A stretch of 56,038 nucleotides of DNA, the filler included, from Ionaspis alba (lineage: Eukaryota), in assembly GCA_964255285.1 (NCBI GenBank). It is 3 parts of 3 records of this genome, joined end to end, with 100 filler letters (N's around TTAATTAATTAA, not from the genome) between each part and the next. Parts side by side here need not be neighbours in the genome. Positions count along the whole stretch, not along the records: positions 18,815 to 37,468 come from CAXUUL010000286.1; 2 more parts are not named here. The stretch is one strand, 5' to 3'. The translations under genes were made by a program, and so were the position numbers. Numbering within the stretch: position 1 is the stretch's first letter; each line of letters starts with the position of its first letter. Below, one piece after another: positions 20,916-33,137 of this stretch. The notes below the pieces were generated by a model. That model was not told the origin of the DNA, ran no database searches, and saw only the letters and a list, made by a program, of their open reading frames with translations.

Positions 20916-23852
20916 CTACAGTATCTCAAACTCGAGTCTCGACATCGCCAGGATATCCAAGCTCCCCACCTCCTCAATCCCTTCGAACCCCATTTCCATT
21001 CCAAAGTGATCAATATCCCAGTCCCAGTCCGTCCCGTCCTGCGACCAGCGCCCTTCCAACGGTGGAACATGAATAGCAAAAGCTGCGGCTCTTGGTCGTT
21101 CCTCGTCATCGTCCCCAGACCAATAACCTTCATCCTCCACTCTCCAGGTAGCTTCCGGAATGGCCTCGACATAACGCTCGGCGTAGCCAACCATGTTTGC
21201 AGGATGCAAGGCTAGCGTATCGCTTGTGCGCCGACTGGGTAAGAAAGATGATGCGCCATCAAGGTCGCGTTGCCATAAAGGCGGAGCGTTTCGCATTATG
21301 ACATCTCCGTCGGGGTCCTCGAGGTCAACGACTGCGCCATCTCGGAGCACAGCCCTCTTTCTTGCTCTTCTCATATATCCACTGTTGATCTGCCATGCAT
21401 AGGCAATTCCGTGACCTACGAAGGCCCAGACCGTGGAGTGACTAGGCGAACTCTCAATGGCGAGGTCTACCAATCCTTCAGCCTTGCCGATCTCGACCCC
21501 TCTCAGCCTGATGGGTTGAGCCTCGTCATCCGAGAGATGTGTCACTGTTGTGGCATTGTACTCATCCTTCCATGCCTCTCTATCTCCATTCCCATGGTGA
21601 GCGAAGACATCCGGTGGGATGCAGAAAAGCCAGATACTGGAACCAAACCCTGCAACGACTCTGACTCCCCAACTAAGCTCTCCGCCAACGGCATAGACAC
21701 TCGGTAGCATCCTAAGAGCTGCATCGCCAAGCTCATACGTGTCGGCGTTGGGACCCAATAGCGTGAAGCGCCTCCTCAGCTTCCTGGGGCCACCACTGGG
21801 AGCATCGTTGCCTAAGCAAAGACAGCCGCTGATTGGATCAGTGAAGAGAACATGGTAACCATCACTCAGCGGCACAGCCTTGAAGTGATCACTGCCCTCT
21901 CCTGCCCTCTCTTCTCCACCCCGCCACCCCTGCGAACTCAGCCCTTCCCATCTTCCGCCTCTAGATGCAAAACGGCCGCTGAGACCTCCTTTCTGTCCAG
22001 GGCAGCCGGCACTGCTGATCAAGCGTAGTTTCTTTGCACTGTCAACACCTACTCTGGGGGGCAAAAAATAAAGAAAGTCGCTTGGTGCTGTCAAGGGAAA
22101 CCAGCGATTGAGGTCTTGTCCTGTGAGGGCGTCAACCCAGTGCAGCTCGATACCAGCCGAGCAGCCGAACGCAACACAGCGCCTTTGAGGGCAGATTGCG
22201 ACACTGAGAGGAGGATCGTCGGGTGAGCACAGAGCGCGATAGATACTTCGAGGACCAGTCTCGACCGGAATTCCTGAGAAGTCTTCCGAAAGTACTGGAG
22301 AAATTGGTGACATGGAAAAATTAGGATCGATAATTGGTTGGAATGCTGCCGCTCGGGCGTGACGGGCTTGTGATCTGAGATAAGACTGAGCGGAGAGATG
22401 TTCTGCTTCAGAACGAGCTTGCTCTGTAACAATCCTCTCGCCCGAGTTTTGAGACGAAAGGACCGAAGCTCGATAGTCCTGTCTCTCCCAACAGTCAGGT
22501 TCTGCTCGCTGACTCGAAGCTGGTCGTCCGTAAGTCAAAGGGTTGATATCACAGACCAGTCCCATCCGGTCATTTAGTAGTGCAGCGACGGCGTACCGCT
22601 GAGACGAAGTATCCATGCTGACTGCCAAGACCCGACGAGGACAGATAATGCTGGTGAGAGGCTCAAGATGACCACCATATGGGCATTGACGCTGATCGAG
22701 ACTCGATAGTCGGTAGACGTAGATAACGCAACCCTCAGCAACAAGCACAAACTTGCCACACACACTAACTGTGAAGTGAAGCGCTGCACCATCGTCATCA
22801 GGAGAAGCCGCATACCCATTACCAAGCTCTGAAAAATCAGTTTCCGAAGTTAGCACGAGACTTGACGCTGCGACCAACTTCTGGTCAACCCCATTGCCAC
22901 CCCAACCCGGCCTCAATGAGCACTCCACCGCCAATCGCTTGCTCATCGCCCACTCCTCCCCCACGACACTCTCCCTCTTCCCCAAACTCCCTCTCTTTCC
23001 CACACCCAAAACCTCCAAATCAGCCTCCCAAGCGCTCCACCACCCACCAACCCTCAACATCCTCCCGAGCACCCCTGTCTCCAACCCGGCCGCAAACCAT
23101 CCCCTACAAACCCTCCTCGCAGCATCAAAATCCCTCGGCCCAAGATACCCCCACACAAGCATCAACACTTCCGTCGGCAGCCTCCTTGCCGCTCTTACCT
23201 TCACAGGCCGCACACACGTCAGCGCCGCAGACCAGCACCGACAGATGAGTCGCATAGCTAGATAGCTCTCGCCATCCAGGAAAGCAGCCAAACGCGCGAA
23301 GATCTCGAGTGGGAGTTCGGGCGCATGTCTGCGACACGGTCGAAACTCTAGCAGTGCGAAAGTATCGCGGTGGCCGCCGAAGCGGTGGGTGTCGATGGGG
23401 GAGAAGGTTGAGGAGCGGGTGAGGATTTCGGAGAGACTGGTGTTGATGTGGTCGAAGGGGAGGGGTTCGAGGAGGGTGTAGTCTTGGGCGGGAGAGGAGG
23501 ACGCCGTGGAGTAGGTGCCGTGATCGATCGAGCTGGGACGGGCGAGGCGCCGTGAGGTTGCGCGTTTGATGAGGGCGTTGGGGTGGAGATTGGTTGTGTG
23601 GGTGCGGGGCCGACCGCGGGAGTGGGAGTCGGGTGAGGCGTGGATTTGTGAGAAGGATGTTGGAGATGTGGGGGATGGTGGTGATGGAGAGCGGGAGGAG
23701 GGAATGCTTGGCCAGGTTGGGCTTGGGGCTCGAGGTCGGATTGGGGTATAGTCGCTAATGGCCGGTAGTGAAATTGGAGGCTGAGTTGGTATGACTTCGT
23801 GATGGGAGAGTGTCCAGCGTACGTGTGCGGGCGCATCATCGTGCGAGGCCAT
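20916..23852 (-). CDS. F-box protein with two tandem F-box-like motifs and a beta-rich C-terminal region, single exon
   Basis: LPLEIFARLAAFLDGESYLAMRLICRCW and LPTEVLMLVWGYLGPRDFDAARRVCRGW; later blocks SVAICPQRRCVAFGC and GIELHWVDALTGQDLNRWFPL. Start placed at ATG 23852 (alternative 23984). Confidence 0.82.
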   Translation of the reverse strand: MASHDDAPAHVRWTLSHHEVIPTQPPISLPAISDYTPIRPRAPSPTWPSIPSSRSPSPPSPTSPTSFSQIHASPDSHSRGRPRTHTTNLHPNALIKRATSRRLARPSSIDHGTYSTASSSPAQDYTLLEPLPFDHINTSLSEILTRSSTFSPIDTHRFGGHRDTFALLEFRPCRRHAPELPLEIFARLAAFLDGESYLAMRLICRCWSAALTCVRPVKVRAARRLPTEVLMLVWGYLGPRDFDAARRVCRGWFAAGLETGVLGRMLRVGGWWSAWEADLEVLGVGKRGSLGKRESVVGEEWAMSKRLAVECSLRPGWGGNGVDQKLVAASSLVLTSETDFSELGNGYAASPDDDGAALHFTVSVCGKFVLVAEGCVIYVYRLSSLDQRQCPYGGHLEPLTSIICPRRVLAVSMDTSSQRYAVAALLNDRMGLVCDINPLTYGRPASSQRAEPDCWERQDYRASVLSSQNSGERIVTEQARSEAEHLSAQSYLRSQARHARAAAFQPIIDPNFSMSPISPVLSEDFSGIPVETGPRSIYRALCSPDDPPLSVAICPQRRCVAFGCSAGIELHWVDALTGQDLNRWFPLTAPSDFLYFLPPRVGVDSAKKLRLISSAGCPGQKGGLSGRFASRGGRWEGLSSQGWRGGEERAGEGSDHFKAVPLSDGYHVLFTDPISGCLCLGNDAPSGGPRKLRRRFTLLGPNADTYELGDAALRMLPSVYAVGGELSWGVRVVAGFGSSIWLFCIPPDVFAHHGNGDREAWKDEYNATTVTHLSDDEAQPIRLRGVEIGKAEGLVDLAIESSPSHSTVWAFVGHGIAYAWQINSGYMRRARKRAVLRDGAVVDLEDPDGDVIMRNAPPLWQRDLDGASSFLPSRRTSDTLALHPANMVGYAERYVEAIPEATWRVEDEGYWSGDDDEERPRAAAFAIHVPPLEGRWSQDGTDWDWDIDHFGMEMGFEGIEEVGSLDILAMSRLEFEIL

Positions 23853-24415
23853 GATCTGGTTGTGCTGGACGGCTGTTGGCGTAGCTGCATCGGTTGTGAA
23901 CGGAAAGGCGGTGACGGCGTTGTTTTCGGTGGGAATGCGGACGTAATGGATGCCTATGGAGCGAGCGGGAGACCCAAGGGTCATGATATGGATAGAGTCG
24001 GTCTCGAAAATTGTTACCACGGGAGTCGCCGGAAAGAGAGCAGGTGAAGGAGGTGGAGAGTCGTGACCGGCGACCCCGCGAGAGAGGAGGATTTGGGAAG
24101 ACGTGGTTGCGGTATTGTAGTCTCAGACTGGTGGAAAAGAATGCAATCTAGAATTTCTAGTGGTACAATAGTGAAAGAGTGGTTAGTAGGTGGAGATGGA
24201 TGCGCACCGATGGTGCACAGCGAAACGGTTGCAAAAGCATTGACGTTGAATATATGTTCTTTCTGCCGCTAAGGAGTAACTGTAGAGGAAGCAGCGACTG
24301 ATATACCATGCAAACATACACAATAGAAACCTCTCGGACCGGTATCTCAAAAGGAAGTCACAATAAACGCCCGCCACGCGCTATGCAGAATCGTAGTGAA
24401 AGACCAAACCATCAT

Positions 24416-27159
24416 CTATACATTCTCGTCACCATCTCCATTTGCAGGATGACCTGAACCATTTGGCCCCTTCTTAGCGAGCCACACATCCTCCAGCGGA
24501 ACAATCAGATTCGGATTGATAAACCTCAGCCCCGTCTCCTCGCTGTCATCCACTATTCTACCGTTGCGAGTCTCGCTTTCATAGCGCGGCTCGTTGAGCG
24601 ATGGAGCATCGTCATCTTCGTCGCGGTAGAGACTGCGTAGAGCGATGAACTTCATCAATGGCTCGTACGTGCGACGATAGAAGATGGCAAACCAGAAGGT
24701 ACCGATGAGCAGTGGTAGAATGATGACAGCTCGTTTGTATGCCCCTCGCAAAGCCAGCTGGCCAGCCATGGCAAGTTGGAAGACCAGGATTCCAACGACT
24801 ACTCTGTTACAGATAATCGGCCAAGCTCTGCCTGTCGAGTGCTGGCGGTGATCCATGGCGTAAAGTAGCTGGTATTTATGGACAAAGCTACCAAAGAGAA
24901 AGTAGACCAGTCCGAAAAGAGTCACGAGTTCCGATTTCGGAAGAACGCTATAGACAATACAGATAATGAATATGAGTAGAGTCTGAGGTAAGTAGAAGCC
25001 GTAGCTGAAAATCGGAGGGTGTCCAAGCTCGGCATGGTCTAGAGTTGGGATTAGCATACTTAAATCTGATACTGCTGACCAACATCTGACCTCTAGGTGT
25101 CTTGGCTCCCATCAAGCCGATGGGATACATGAAAAGTGGACCAAACTCCAGAAGTCTGAAAGGGAAGAGGCCTAAGCCTTGTAACACGATGAAATTGACG
25201 TAGAATGGCGCAAGCCGGCCTAACGATTCTGCCAGGATACCTGTGATCCTAGGCAGATCTTTGAGCTTCTCTCCCAGTTCATTGTAAAAGGTAATGAAGT
25301 TTGATACCGTGCCGAACACCGTCAGCAAAACGAAGAGGTTGAAAAAAGTAAAGAAGAAGTTCTTCGAGATGAGTGACATCTCGACATCACTTTGCGATAT
25401 CATTCCTTGGAGATTGGCAAGCCCTGGGAGGTCAATTTAGCTTCTTGTGGACCAAATCTCAGGTTTTACCCACAATCGTAAAGATATGGCACAGCAATTG
25501 TCAAGAGAGAGACTACCAGGGTAGGCAGAGACGTCTGGACCAAAGATTTGGCAAGCGGACTCTTCGATAGCGCATCGGCGAGCGGCGGGAATACTCGGCG
25601 AATCGTCTCTAAATTGAGCAGACCAGCAACTGGAAGCAGAACAACAGTCCAAAGCACGGACAAGATGGCGATGACGAATGTAATAACCCAAGCTCTCGTC
25701 ATCCGCGTTGAACGAGGAAGATATGTATGCTTCCAGACGACGTCTACCGGAGCTGGCGCCGCCTTGGCCATCAGCTGCATAGGTTCTGGATCTATGATGG
25801 CTTGGACGGCCATTTGCTGGATGAAGTATCAGCTACATGTCTTTGATAGATTTACCTTTGGGCACTTACACAGGCGGCAATCGAATCCATTGTCACAAAC
25901 GCGAGAGGCGTTGGCGGATAATTCTTTTTACGAGCTGCTTTAATCCTCTCGTCCAGGTTCTTCAGCTTCTCCTCGTAGTAATCAATAGCATCTACTCGAT
26001 GACTTTGTAATCCCATGAAGCCGTACCAGATTCTTGTCGTAGGTCGATCTCGTTCATATGAAGAAACGTGCGCCCGTCCGGTATGGCGGCCACTCAGGAG
26101 GCCAGCTTGTTCGTCGTCGCCATCATCGTCGCCACCTGGCGGAGGAGAGGAACGTCTAGACATGAGTAATTCCTCGGGGCTTTGCTTGACTCCTCCGGAT
26201 CCAAGATGAGCTGTCCAAGCTGTTTCGAGATTTCTCAGTACTACCATGCGCTCCTTCATCAAATCGTCCAACTCTTTCCACACCTTACACAGCATCACGC
26301 TTTCGACCTTGCCGATCTCTAGATTCTCAATCGTCTCCTTGATCTTTTCCTCATTCTGCAGATGCGGGGGTATCCCCGAGAGCTTGATTGTGCGGTCTGT
26401 CAGGGAGGAATGAGTGCCCAGGTATTTCTGGCGAATGCGAATTATTCTTTTCGTCTCTGAAACGATCATTGACATAAGGACACAGCTGAAAAGATAGACG
26501 AAGACTACATATATCCAGAGAAAGTCCGTGGACGTTTCGAAACCCATATCCCAGGATCTAACGTGCAGTTCTCCGGACCGAGTCTCATTGTGCGGAACTG
26601 TGCCATTTTTTCCATCATGTTCGCCACTTGGAAGGCCATCGGATGTGTCGAAATTCTTATGTACCGGATATATGACTGTAAGTGAGAAGAAGAGAACGAA
26701 TGCGAGAAATTTAACGGCCATCTTGAAGAATGCTAAAAACTAAACCACAGTCAGTGCCTCGATCGACCAAACTCAGACCCAGGGCATGCGTCAACTGACC
26801 ACAAAGGCATCTAAACCGGCAGAAGCAAGGACTTCATCTTCTGTAATACTGTATAGTACAGGGATCCATCCAAGAAAGGTGTTTGGTAGATCAGGCAACT
26901 TGGAAGCCGAACTTCTTTGCCTCTTTCGTGCTGCGTACAGGGAGGTCCATCTTGGTCTGAGGATCTATCAGCTCACCCGAGGATTAGCATACGAGTATTT
27001 GTCGGCCATCACATTGCGACTCACGCAAAAGGCAATGAATGCGCTTAGGCCCAGGACAACCGATATTGTAGCTTGAGTTGCAAGGTCTCTTTGATCATGA
27101 GTTTGTTTATCGACGCCACCATCCAGCTTGTCCTTGTGCGAAGCCCAGAAGTCATCCAT
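24416..27159 (-). CDS. CSC1/OSCA/TMEM63 (DUF221, RSN1-like) stress-gated cation channel, 6 exons (27159-27025, 26964-26800, 26739-25870, 25816-25474, 25423-25091, 25038-24416)
   Basis: Motifs ILRPRWTSLYAAR, EVLASAGLDAFVFLAF, AFVTMDSIAACQMAVQ, APAPVDVVW, KYQLLY and HSTGRAWP. All five introns are GT-AG and frame-consistent. Confidence 0.93.
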
Positions 27160-27396
27160 ATTGTGAAGCGACAATGGCAAGAGAGGTGGAGAACGGTCGG
27201 TATCGTAATGCGATCATGAAAGTTGTCGTTGTTGGAGTTGGAGCGTGACTGCCTTCCTCAAAAAAATGGCTACGTAGTTGCGAGAGCTTGATTTGATCCG
27301 CCTGTTTCTAGCGGCAGATCTTCATCCTTCATTGTCAATATCGAGTTACCCCCACGCTAAGGTCTACAGCAGCGTTTCCCCATATTTAGAGCCAGT

Positions 27397-28815
27397 ATGG
27401 AGTCATCTAGTAATATTATCGAGCGGGTTCCAAACCTTCATATAGATATCTGCACTTGCATTCCACGAGAATTGCACACGGAGTTGGTAGGATTTATTAT
27501 TGCGAAGAATTCAATCCATATAAGAAGCTAACGTCCATCACCAGGCCGCAGCTGTGGAATCGTACTTGAATACGCTTGACACACTGCCAACCAAAGGCAA
27601 CGTCCCTCTTCCACGTAAAGGTACCCCTCCTTTGCTGTCCTCCTCTCATCTGACTTCGCCATAGCGGATTTGGAGACCAGATACAATATCGACTTCGTTC
27701 GGGTGAATCGTTTTGGGAGACCCGTCGACATAGATATCGAAATCCACCCTAGAGAGCATCGTCTGGTTTGCAAGACCTTCTACCTGCGGAACCTCCTAAT
27801 AGACCCCTTCAAGGAGCTTCCGGCTGACACGAGATGCATTGCGCTTCCGTCGAAAGAAATCGACGACTTTGCCTTATTCGATCGACCTTTCGCTTTCGAT
27901 ATCTTTGCAAGCCTTGTGAAGAAGTTGCGTTTGCCAAGCACGATCGACAACCTTGCAGCAGCATCTAGAAAGAATGGTGACTGCATCGTGGTCCGTGGTG
28001 CATACGGTAGTCATAAAACGAGATTGTGCCTGAGTCTAGCACAAAGTCTTTCCATTCGCTTCTGCCATTTATACCGGTCGTTCCAAGCCATCGAACTGGA
28101 CGCTAAGGACCTGATCCGTAACCGAGAGGAGCTGGCGTGTAAACTCATAGAGGACACCTTTATAGCTATCGACCGAATGGTGGAACGTGGCAACTCGACG
28201 ATGTATATCATCCTGGTCAAGAACCTCGACCAGTTGAACTATGCACCATTGCTCCAAGTCGCGAAAGGAACGACTTGGATCAGTGAACGAGGTAATGCCA
28301 TTACAATGTGTACAGCCAGTGAAGAGTTGGCCCATGACGTTATCAAGTCACTTTATACCGATTTTGACCAATGGAACGTTGAAACACCGAACACAGAGAG
28401 AGTCTATGGATATCTTCGAGATCTCTACTCTTACTTTCCAGAGAGGTTCCGTGATGTGCCTATTCCGGGAATGCCAATAGATGAACTTGCAGAAGCCAGT
28501 CCGTATGAGAAGGGCGAATTTCCGGTATGGGATCCGTCAGGGGAAGGGTTGAGCAAACTCTCGGAGGACGAAATGTCTCTGGCTTCAAGGCTCGTGAACG
28601 TTGCTGGTAGGGCTAAAGAACACAACTGGCATGAGATTGAGCGTATGGTCCATCTTTCAAGGAGATTCATTGACGGTGCCTGTTCAAGAGATCAGTTCGT
28701 TAAAGTCCTCGAGCGAGGTATGAGCTGGCTGCACAGCGGACGAACATCTCCAATGCCTGAGCTTAGTCGGATGGAGTCATGGCTCTCAAATATCGAGCCT
28801 GGGAATCCTTACTAG
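27397..28815 (+). CDS. Highly diverged Pch2/TRIP13-like AAA+ protein with degenerate catalytic motifs, 3 exons (27397-27486, 27545-27620, 27665-28815)
   Basis: CIVVRGAYGSHKTRLCLSLAQSLSIRFCHLYRSFQAIELDAKDL...KLIEDTFIAIDRM...YIILVKNLDQL parallels the Pch2/TRIP13 stretch [24 protein letters not shown]...Y...LIEINSHSL...KLV..MF..I...VFVLIDEVESL. Two frame-preserving introns link it to ATG 27397. Confidence 0.72.
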
Positions 28816-29245
28816 GGCCATATAACGACGTCACGAATGCAGATGCGGACAATGATCGCAGACAGAATTCCTGTCTTGTACTGCATTTCGCTGCTTTGAG
28901 GAAGGAAGCAGAGAAGATGGAAGAGATTGTGAGACTGTCTTCTGCATAACATGTATGATATAGAAGAGATGTTCATCAGGCGTATACGGTTAGGATTACC
29001 GAGTATCGAATTTCAAATTATTGAAGAACATTCACGTAATCCCAGCGATTGTGTGGGCAGCGTTGCAGATATCAGATGAGTAAGTCGCGTTGTAAGGATG
29101 GAAATGATCTCGGTGCTGGAAACAAGCTTTACAGAACCTATGCTAACCATAACAGTATTAGCTCGATATTTTATAGAAAGGTTTAGCCTCTCGAGTCGCC
29201 GAGCTCGATATAAAATGTTCAACTGCTCGATTTGACATACATAAA

Positions 29246-30999
29246 ATGGTAAGAGCCTTGAAATCATTATGCTACGTTCATCGCATGCTGATTGGGGCTA
29301 GGCCGCTTTCAACCCTACTCAGATATTCGGCGACGATGTCACAGAAGAGAAGGGAGAAAATGCGCGTCTATCCGCGTTCGTGGGAGCTATCGCCGTGGGA
29401 GATTTAGTCAAGAGCACGTTAGGACCAAAGGGAATGGACAAAATATTACAATCAGCGTGGGCACAACTTGTCTCTCTTTGACGACTTTCCCTTACTAATC
29501 CACTTTAGATCTACTGGTGAAGTAATGGTCACAAATGATGGAGCCACGATTCTCAAAGCCATAGCCCTTGACAATGCTGCCGCCAAAGTTCTCGTCAATA
29601 TCTCGAAGGTGCAAGACGATGAAGTTGGTGACGGGACAACCTCCGTAACAGTCCTAGCAGCCGAACTTCTCCGGGAAGCCGAAAAGCTCGTCGACAAGAA
29701 AATCCACCCCCAAACCATTATTGAAGGCTATCGGATAGCCAGCCATGCCGCCCTTTCTGCCCTCGAAAAAACAGCCGTCGACCATAGCAAAGACACAGCC
29801 GCATTCCGCAAAGACCTTCTTGCGATAGCCCGCACGACCCTTAGCTCTAAAGTCCTCAGTCAGGATCGAAACCACTTCGCTGAGCTAGCCTGCAACGCCG
29901 TCCTACGGATGAAAGGCTCCACCGACCTTACACACATTCAGATCATCAAGAAAGCAGGCGGCAAGCTCGTCGACTCTTACCTCGATGAAGGATTTATCCT
30001 GGACAAACGGATTGGCGTGAATCAGCCGAAACGGCTCGAAAACGCCAAAATACTCGTCGCAAATACAGCTATGGACACGGACAAGATCAAGATATTCGGT
30101 GCCCGCATCAAGGTCGAGTCGACGGGGAAGTTAGCGGAGCTAGAGAAAGCGGAAATAGAGAAGATGAGAGGCAAAGTTGAGAAAATCAAGGCACACGGGA
30201 TAAATTGCTTTGTCAACCGACAGCTCATCTATAATCGGCCAGAGCAGCTGTTCTCGGATGCTGGCATCATGTCCATCGAGCATGCGGACTTTGATGGTAT
30301 CGAGCGACTCGCGCTTGTCACGGGCGGAGAAATAGCATCGACGTTCGATCATCCCGAATCTGTCAAGCTGGGTCATTGCGACCTGATCGAGGAGGTCATT
30401 ATCGGCGAAGACACCCTGATTAAGTTCTCCGGTGTGGCCGCGGGCCAAGCCTGCACGATTGTCCTCCGCGGTGCCACGGAGCAGCTGCTGGATGAAGCAG
30501 AGCGTTCTCTACATGACGCGTTGGCCGTGCTGTCTCAAACTGTGCGGGAGCCAAAGACCACTCTTGGAGGGGGCTGTGCGGAAATGGTGATGGCCAAGGC
30601 AGTCGACCAAGCCGCAAGGAACGTCGCAGGAAAGAAGGCCATAGCGGTAGATTCATTCTCGACAGCTCTGCGGCAACTGCCGACCATCCTGGCGGACAAC
30701 GCAGGGATGGACTCGAGCGATCTGGTGGCGAGATTGAGAGAGGCTATTTACAAGGGGATGACGAGTTCAGGGCTCGATCTATCGACGCCCGGTGGCGGGG
30801 TTGCGGATATGAGGGAATCAGGTGTGATTGAGAGTTACAAGCTGAAGAAGGCGGTTGTCTCTTCAGCTTCAGAAGCTGCGGAGGTAAGTTCTCCTCGATC
30901 CCTCGATCTACGAGCGCTTCAAATGCTGATCTGAGGTAGCTACTACTGAGGGTGGATAACATAATACGAAGTGCGCCAAGAAAACGGGAGAGGATGTGA
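29246..30999 (+). CDS. CCT2: T-complex protein 1 subunit beta (CCT/TRiC chaperonin), 4 exons (29246-29248, 29302-29456, 29509-30883, 30940-30999)
   Basis: [76 protein letters not shown] and [15 protein letters not shown]. Confidence 0.97.
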
Positions 31000-31935
31000 G
31001 GATGTCTAGTCCGTGGCGACTCAAGTAGAGGCAGCTGCAGCACCGAACGGTGTTTTGAGCATAGACTGGCGTCCTGGAGCGACGGCAGAGCTTAGATTTG
31101 GGCCTGATGGTAGATGCAATACACGATCAGTCGTGAGTAACAAACCATACCCAAGGAGGCCGGAATACTGTGGCCAATCATTTGAAAAACAATTGGCTCT
31201 CTAAGTGGGGAATGACAAGAAATCCTCGACCTAAATAAGCCAGCGGCATGACCCACCACTATCACTATGAAATTTAGCTAACTGTTGCACGTGCGTTTCA
31301 TGGCTTCGGTGTGGGATATTTATGTCACCCGTCTCAACATGATCGATCACTCGTGTACCAGAAAGGATCTCCCGCAAAACAACGGAATCTGACCAAAGCG
31401 GCCGATTTTCATATTAAGAATGATTTTTCCGTTGCCTTTTTATTAATTCTTGAACCGATCAAATGGCGTTCTGGATCCCAAAACATCCAATTCAGTGGTT
31501 GAAATGTTTCGTTATGAAGTTTCTCACAACCGCAGCTTTGATCATCGGTCATATTCGATTTAAACAGCACTATGGAGATATCATGGGACTTGTGGTAAAT
31601 TGATAATATGTGAATACCTTCGATACATTCTAACAATGTATCATGAAGTCTTGGCATATTAGTGGGTTAAATTCCCCACGCCTCGCACGGTTGCCCATAT
31701 CGATATGCTCCAAAACCCCGCAGTACCCACGAGCATCACTCACTCCCTCGTTCCGCTGAATGGCCTCGTCTTCAATGTAGATTGAGTTGCTCCACTGTCC
31801 CCTCAATGGAACAATGAGTCATAGATCACCGTTGAAACGGCACGCAATTTCAAGAGCAGAGATGTGAGGATAGCTGCGCGAAGCTACCCAATGCTTCGAA
31901 AGGAAACCTACGGGTCAAAAATACGTAGATTCACC

Positions 31936-32952
31936 ATGTTTACACCACGTAACACAACAAGCAATTCCTTTCAAACCCTCAGCAACATCCGACTCGAAGC
32001 CGCTGGACTTGTCGCCCTCGCCGACCTGACCTCAATAGCCAAATGGACCGCCATCACGGGCACCGCATCATGGCTCGATGTCTTCTTTCTCGCACCGGGC
32101 ATGCACCGGCAGCAATCCGCGTCCGAGCTCAACGGTGGAGAATATCCCCCCACAGCCGCAATGACCACGGGGTATGTCTTCCGCGTCGAGAACCAAGCTA
32201 CCGTTCGCTATCTGCAGACAATGGGCAAGCCGGGACATCTTGTCAACATCTTCGTGGAAGCAGAGCCGTCCAGTGCTCCGCATCCGGGTCTGGGTGTTCT
32301 GATAAAGCATCTCTTTAGCAACCCATGTATGCCCGCAGCGTTCCTCTATCTCCTAGGACCTTCCGCGACCATGGCTGCGCTTGTAATGCTCGGTCTGCTG
32401 GGCGATTGGTGGGCGATGGGTATCCTGGGGATGCTGATGGTCGCCCGACTGTGCAACACCATCGTTGTGCGGCGACGGAGGGAACGCGGATGGAAGGGCG
32501 CACTCGAGCCCGGCGTCCGGGGCGATCTGCTAGTGCTTGTGAGCCAGGATCGATGGTTTCGGATCCGGGGACTGGTCGACGACCTTAAAGCCGTTACGTC
32601 GGGACAGTGGCTCCGGGAAATGAGTGGGCCGGAGGAGTTTGCGGTGAGTCTGGCTACGGTCTTGGTCTTTGTGGCGGCAGCGTTGGCGACTAATGTGTCG
32701 ACGGAGGGGAGTTTGATCATTCTATGCTTGCTGCTTGTGTCGGCGGGGATTTTGGGATTGTGCAATAGTATGGCGACGAGGCTTCATATGCATGGGCGTA
32801 TTATGAGGGTGGAAGGGCGGATGAAGAAGTACTTTCGGCGGACGGACTTGGTGGATGAACTTGTGAGGGAATCGAAAAGGAGGGATTGGGCGGAGCGATT
32901 GGGGATGGTTTCCAATCCAACAAAGGATGGTGGGAAAAGCGCTCTGTTATAA
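31936..32952 (+). CDS. Uncharacterised fungal multi-pass membrane protein (about 338 aa), single exon
   Basis: Long ORF with an ATG in good context (CACCATG) and two pairs of hydrophobic helices. Blocks GLVALADL, LAPGMHRQQ, WKGALEPGVRGDLLVLVSQDRW and DDLKAVTSGQW look conserved. Confidence 0.8.
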   Translation: MFTPRNTTSNSFQTLSNIRLEAAGLVALADLTSIAKWTAITGTASWLDVFFLAPGMHRQQSASELNGGEYPPTAAMTTGYVFRVENQATVRYLQTMGKPGHLVNIFVEAEPSSAPHPGLGVLIKHLFSNPCMPAAFLYLLGPSATMAALVMLGLLGDWWAMGILGMLMVARLCNTIVVRRRRERGWKGALEPGVRGDLLVLVSQDRWFRIRGLVDDLKAVTSGQWLREMSGPEEFAVSLATVLVFVAAALATNVSTEGSLIILCLLLVSAGILGLCNSMATRLHMHGRIMRVEGRMKKYFRRTDLVDELVRESKRRDWAERLGMVSNPTKDGGKSALL

Positions 32953-33137
32953 CATTTTCATGCGCGCGCAATACAATTCTTTTCGCACGCGCTCCTAGGG
33001 AGAGAAACAGTATATGGATATATATTGGATGTACATGGCAATTTGATCAAGAAGACGCAAGGTCGATAGCGCGTAGAGGGATGAGTCTTAACTCCGCAAT
33101 CATAGGGGCGACGGCCAGACTCTTTCCCCTCATCAAC

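Noticed and set aside
23348..23890. Pro-rich 180-aa ORF overlapping the F-box gene, and other long shadow ORFs such as 54676-55359
   Set aside because: Alternative-frame or antisense shadows of real genes caused by codon bias.
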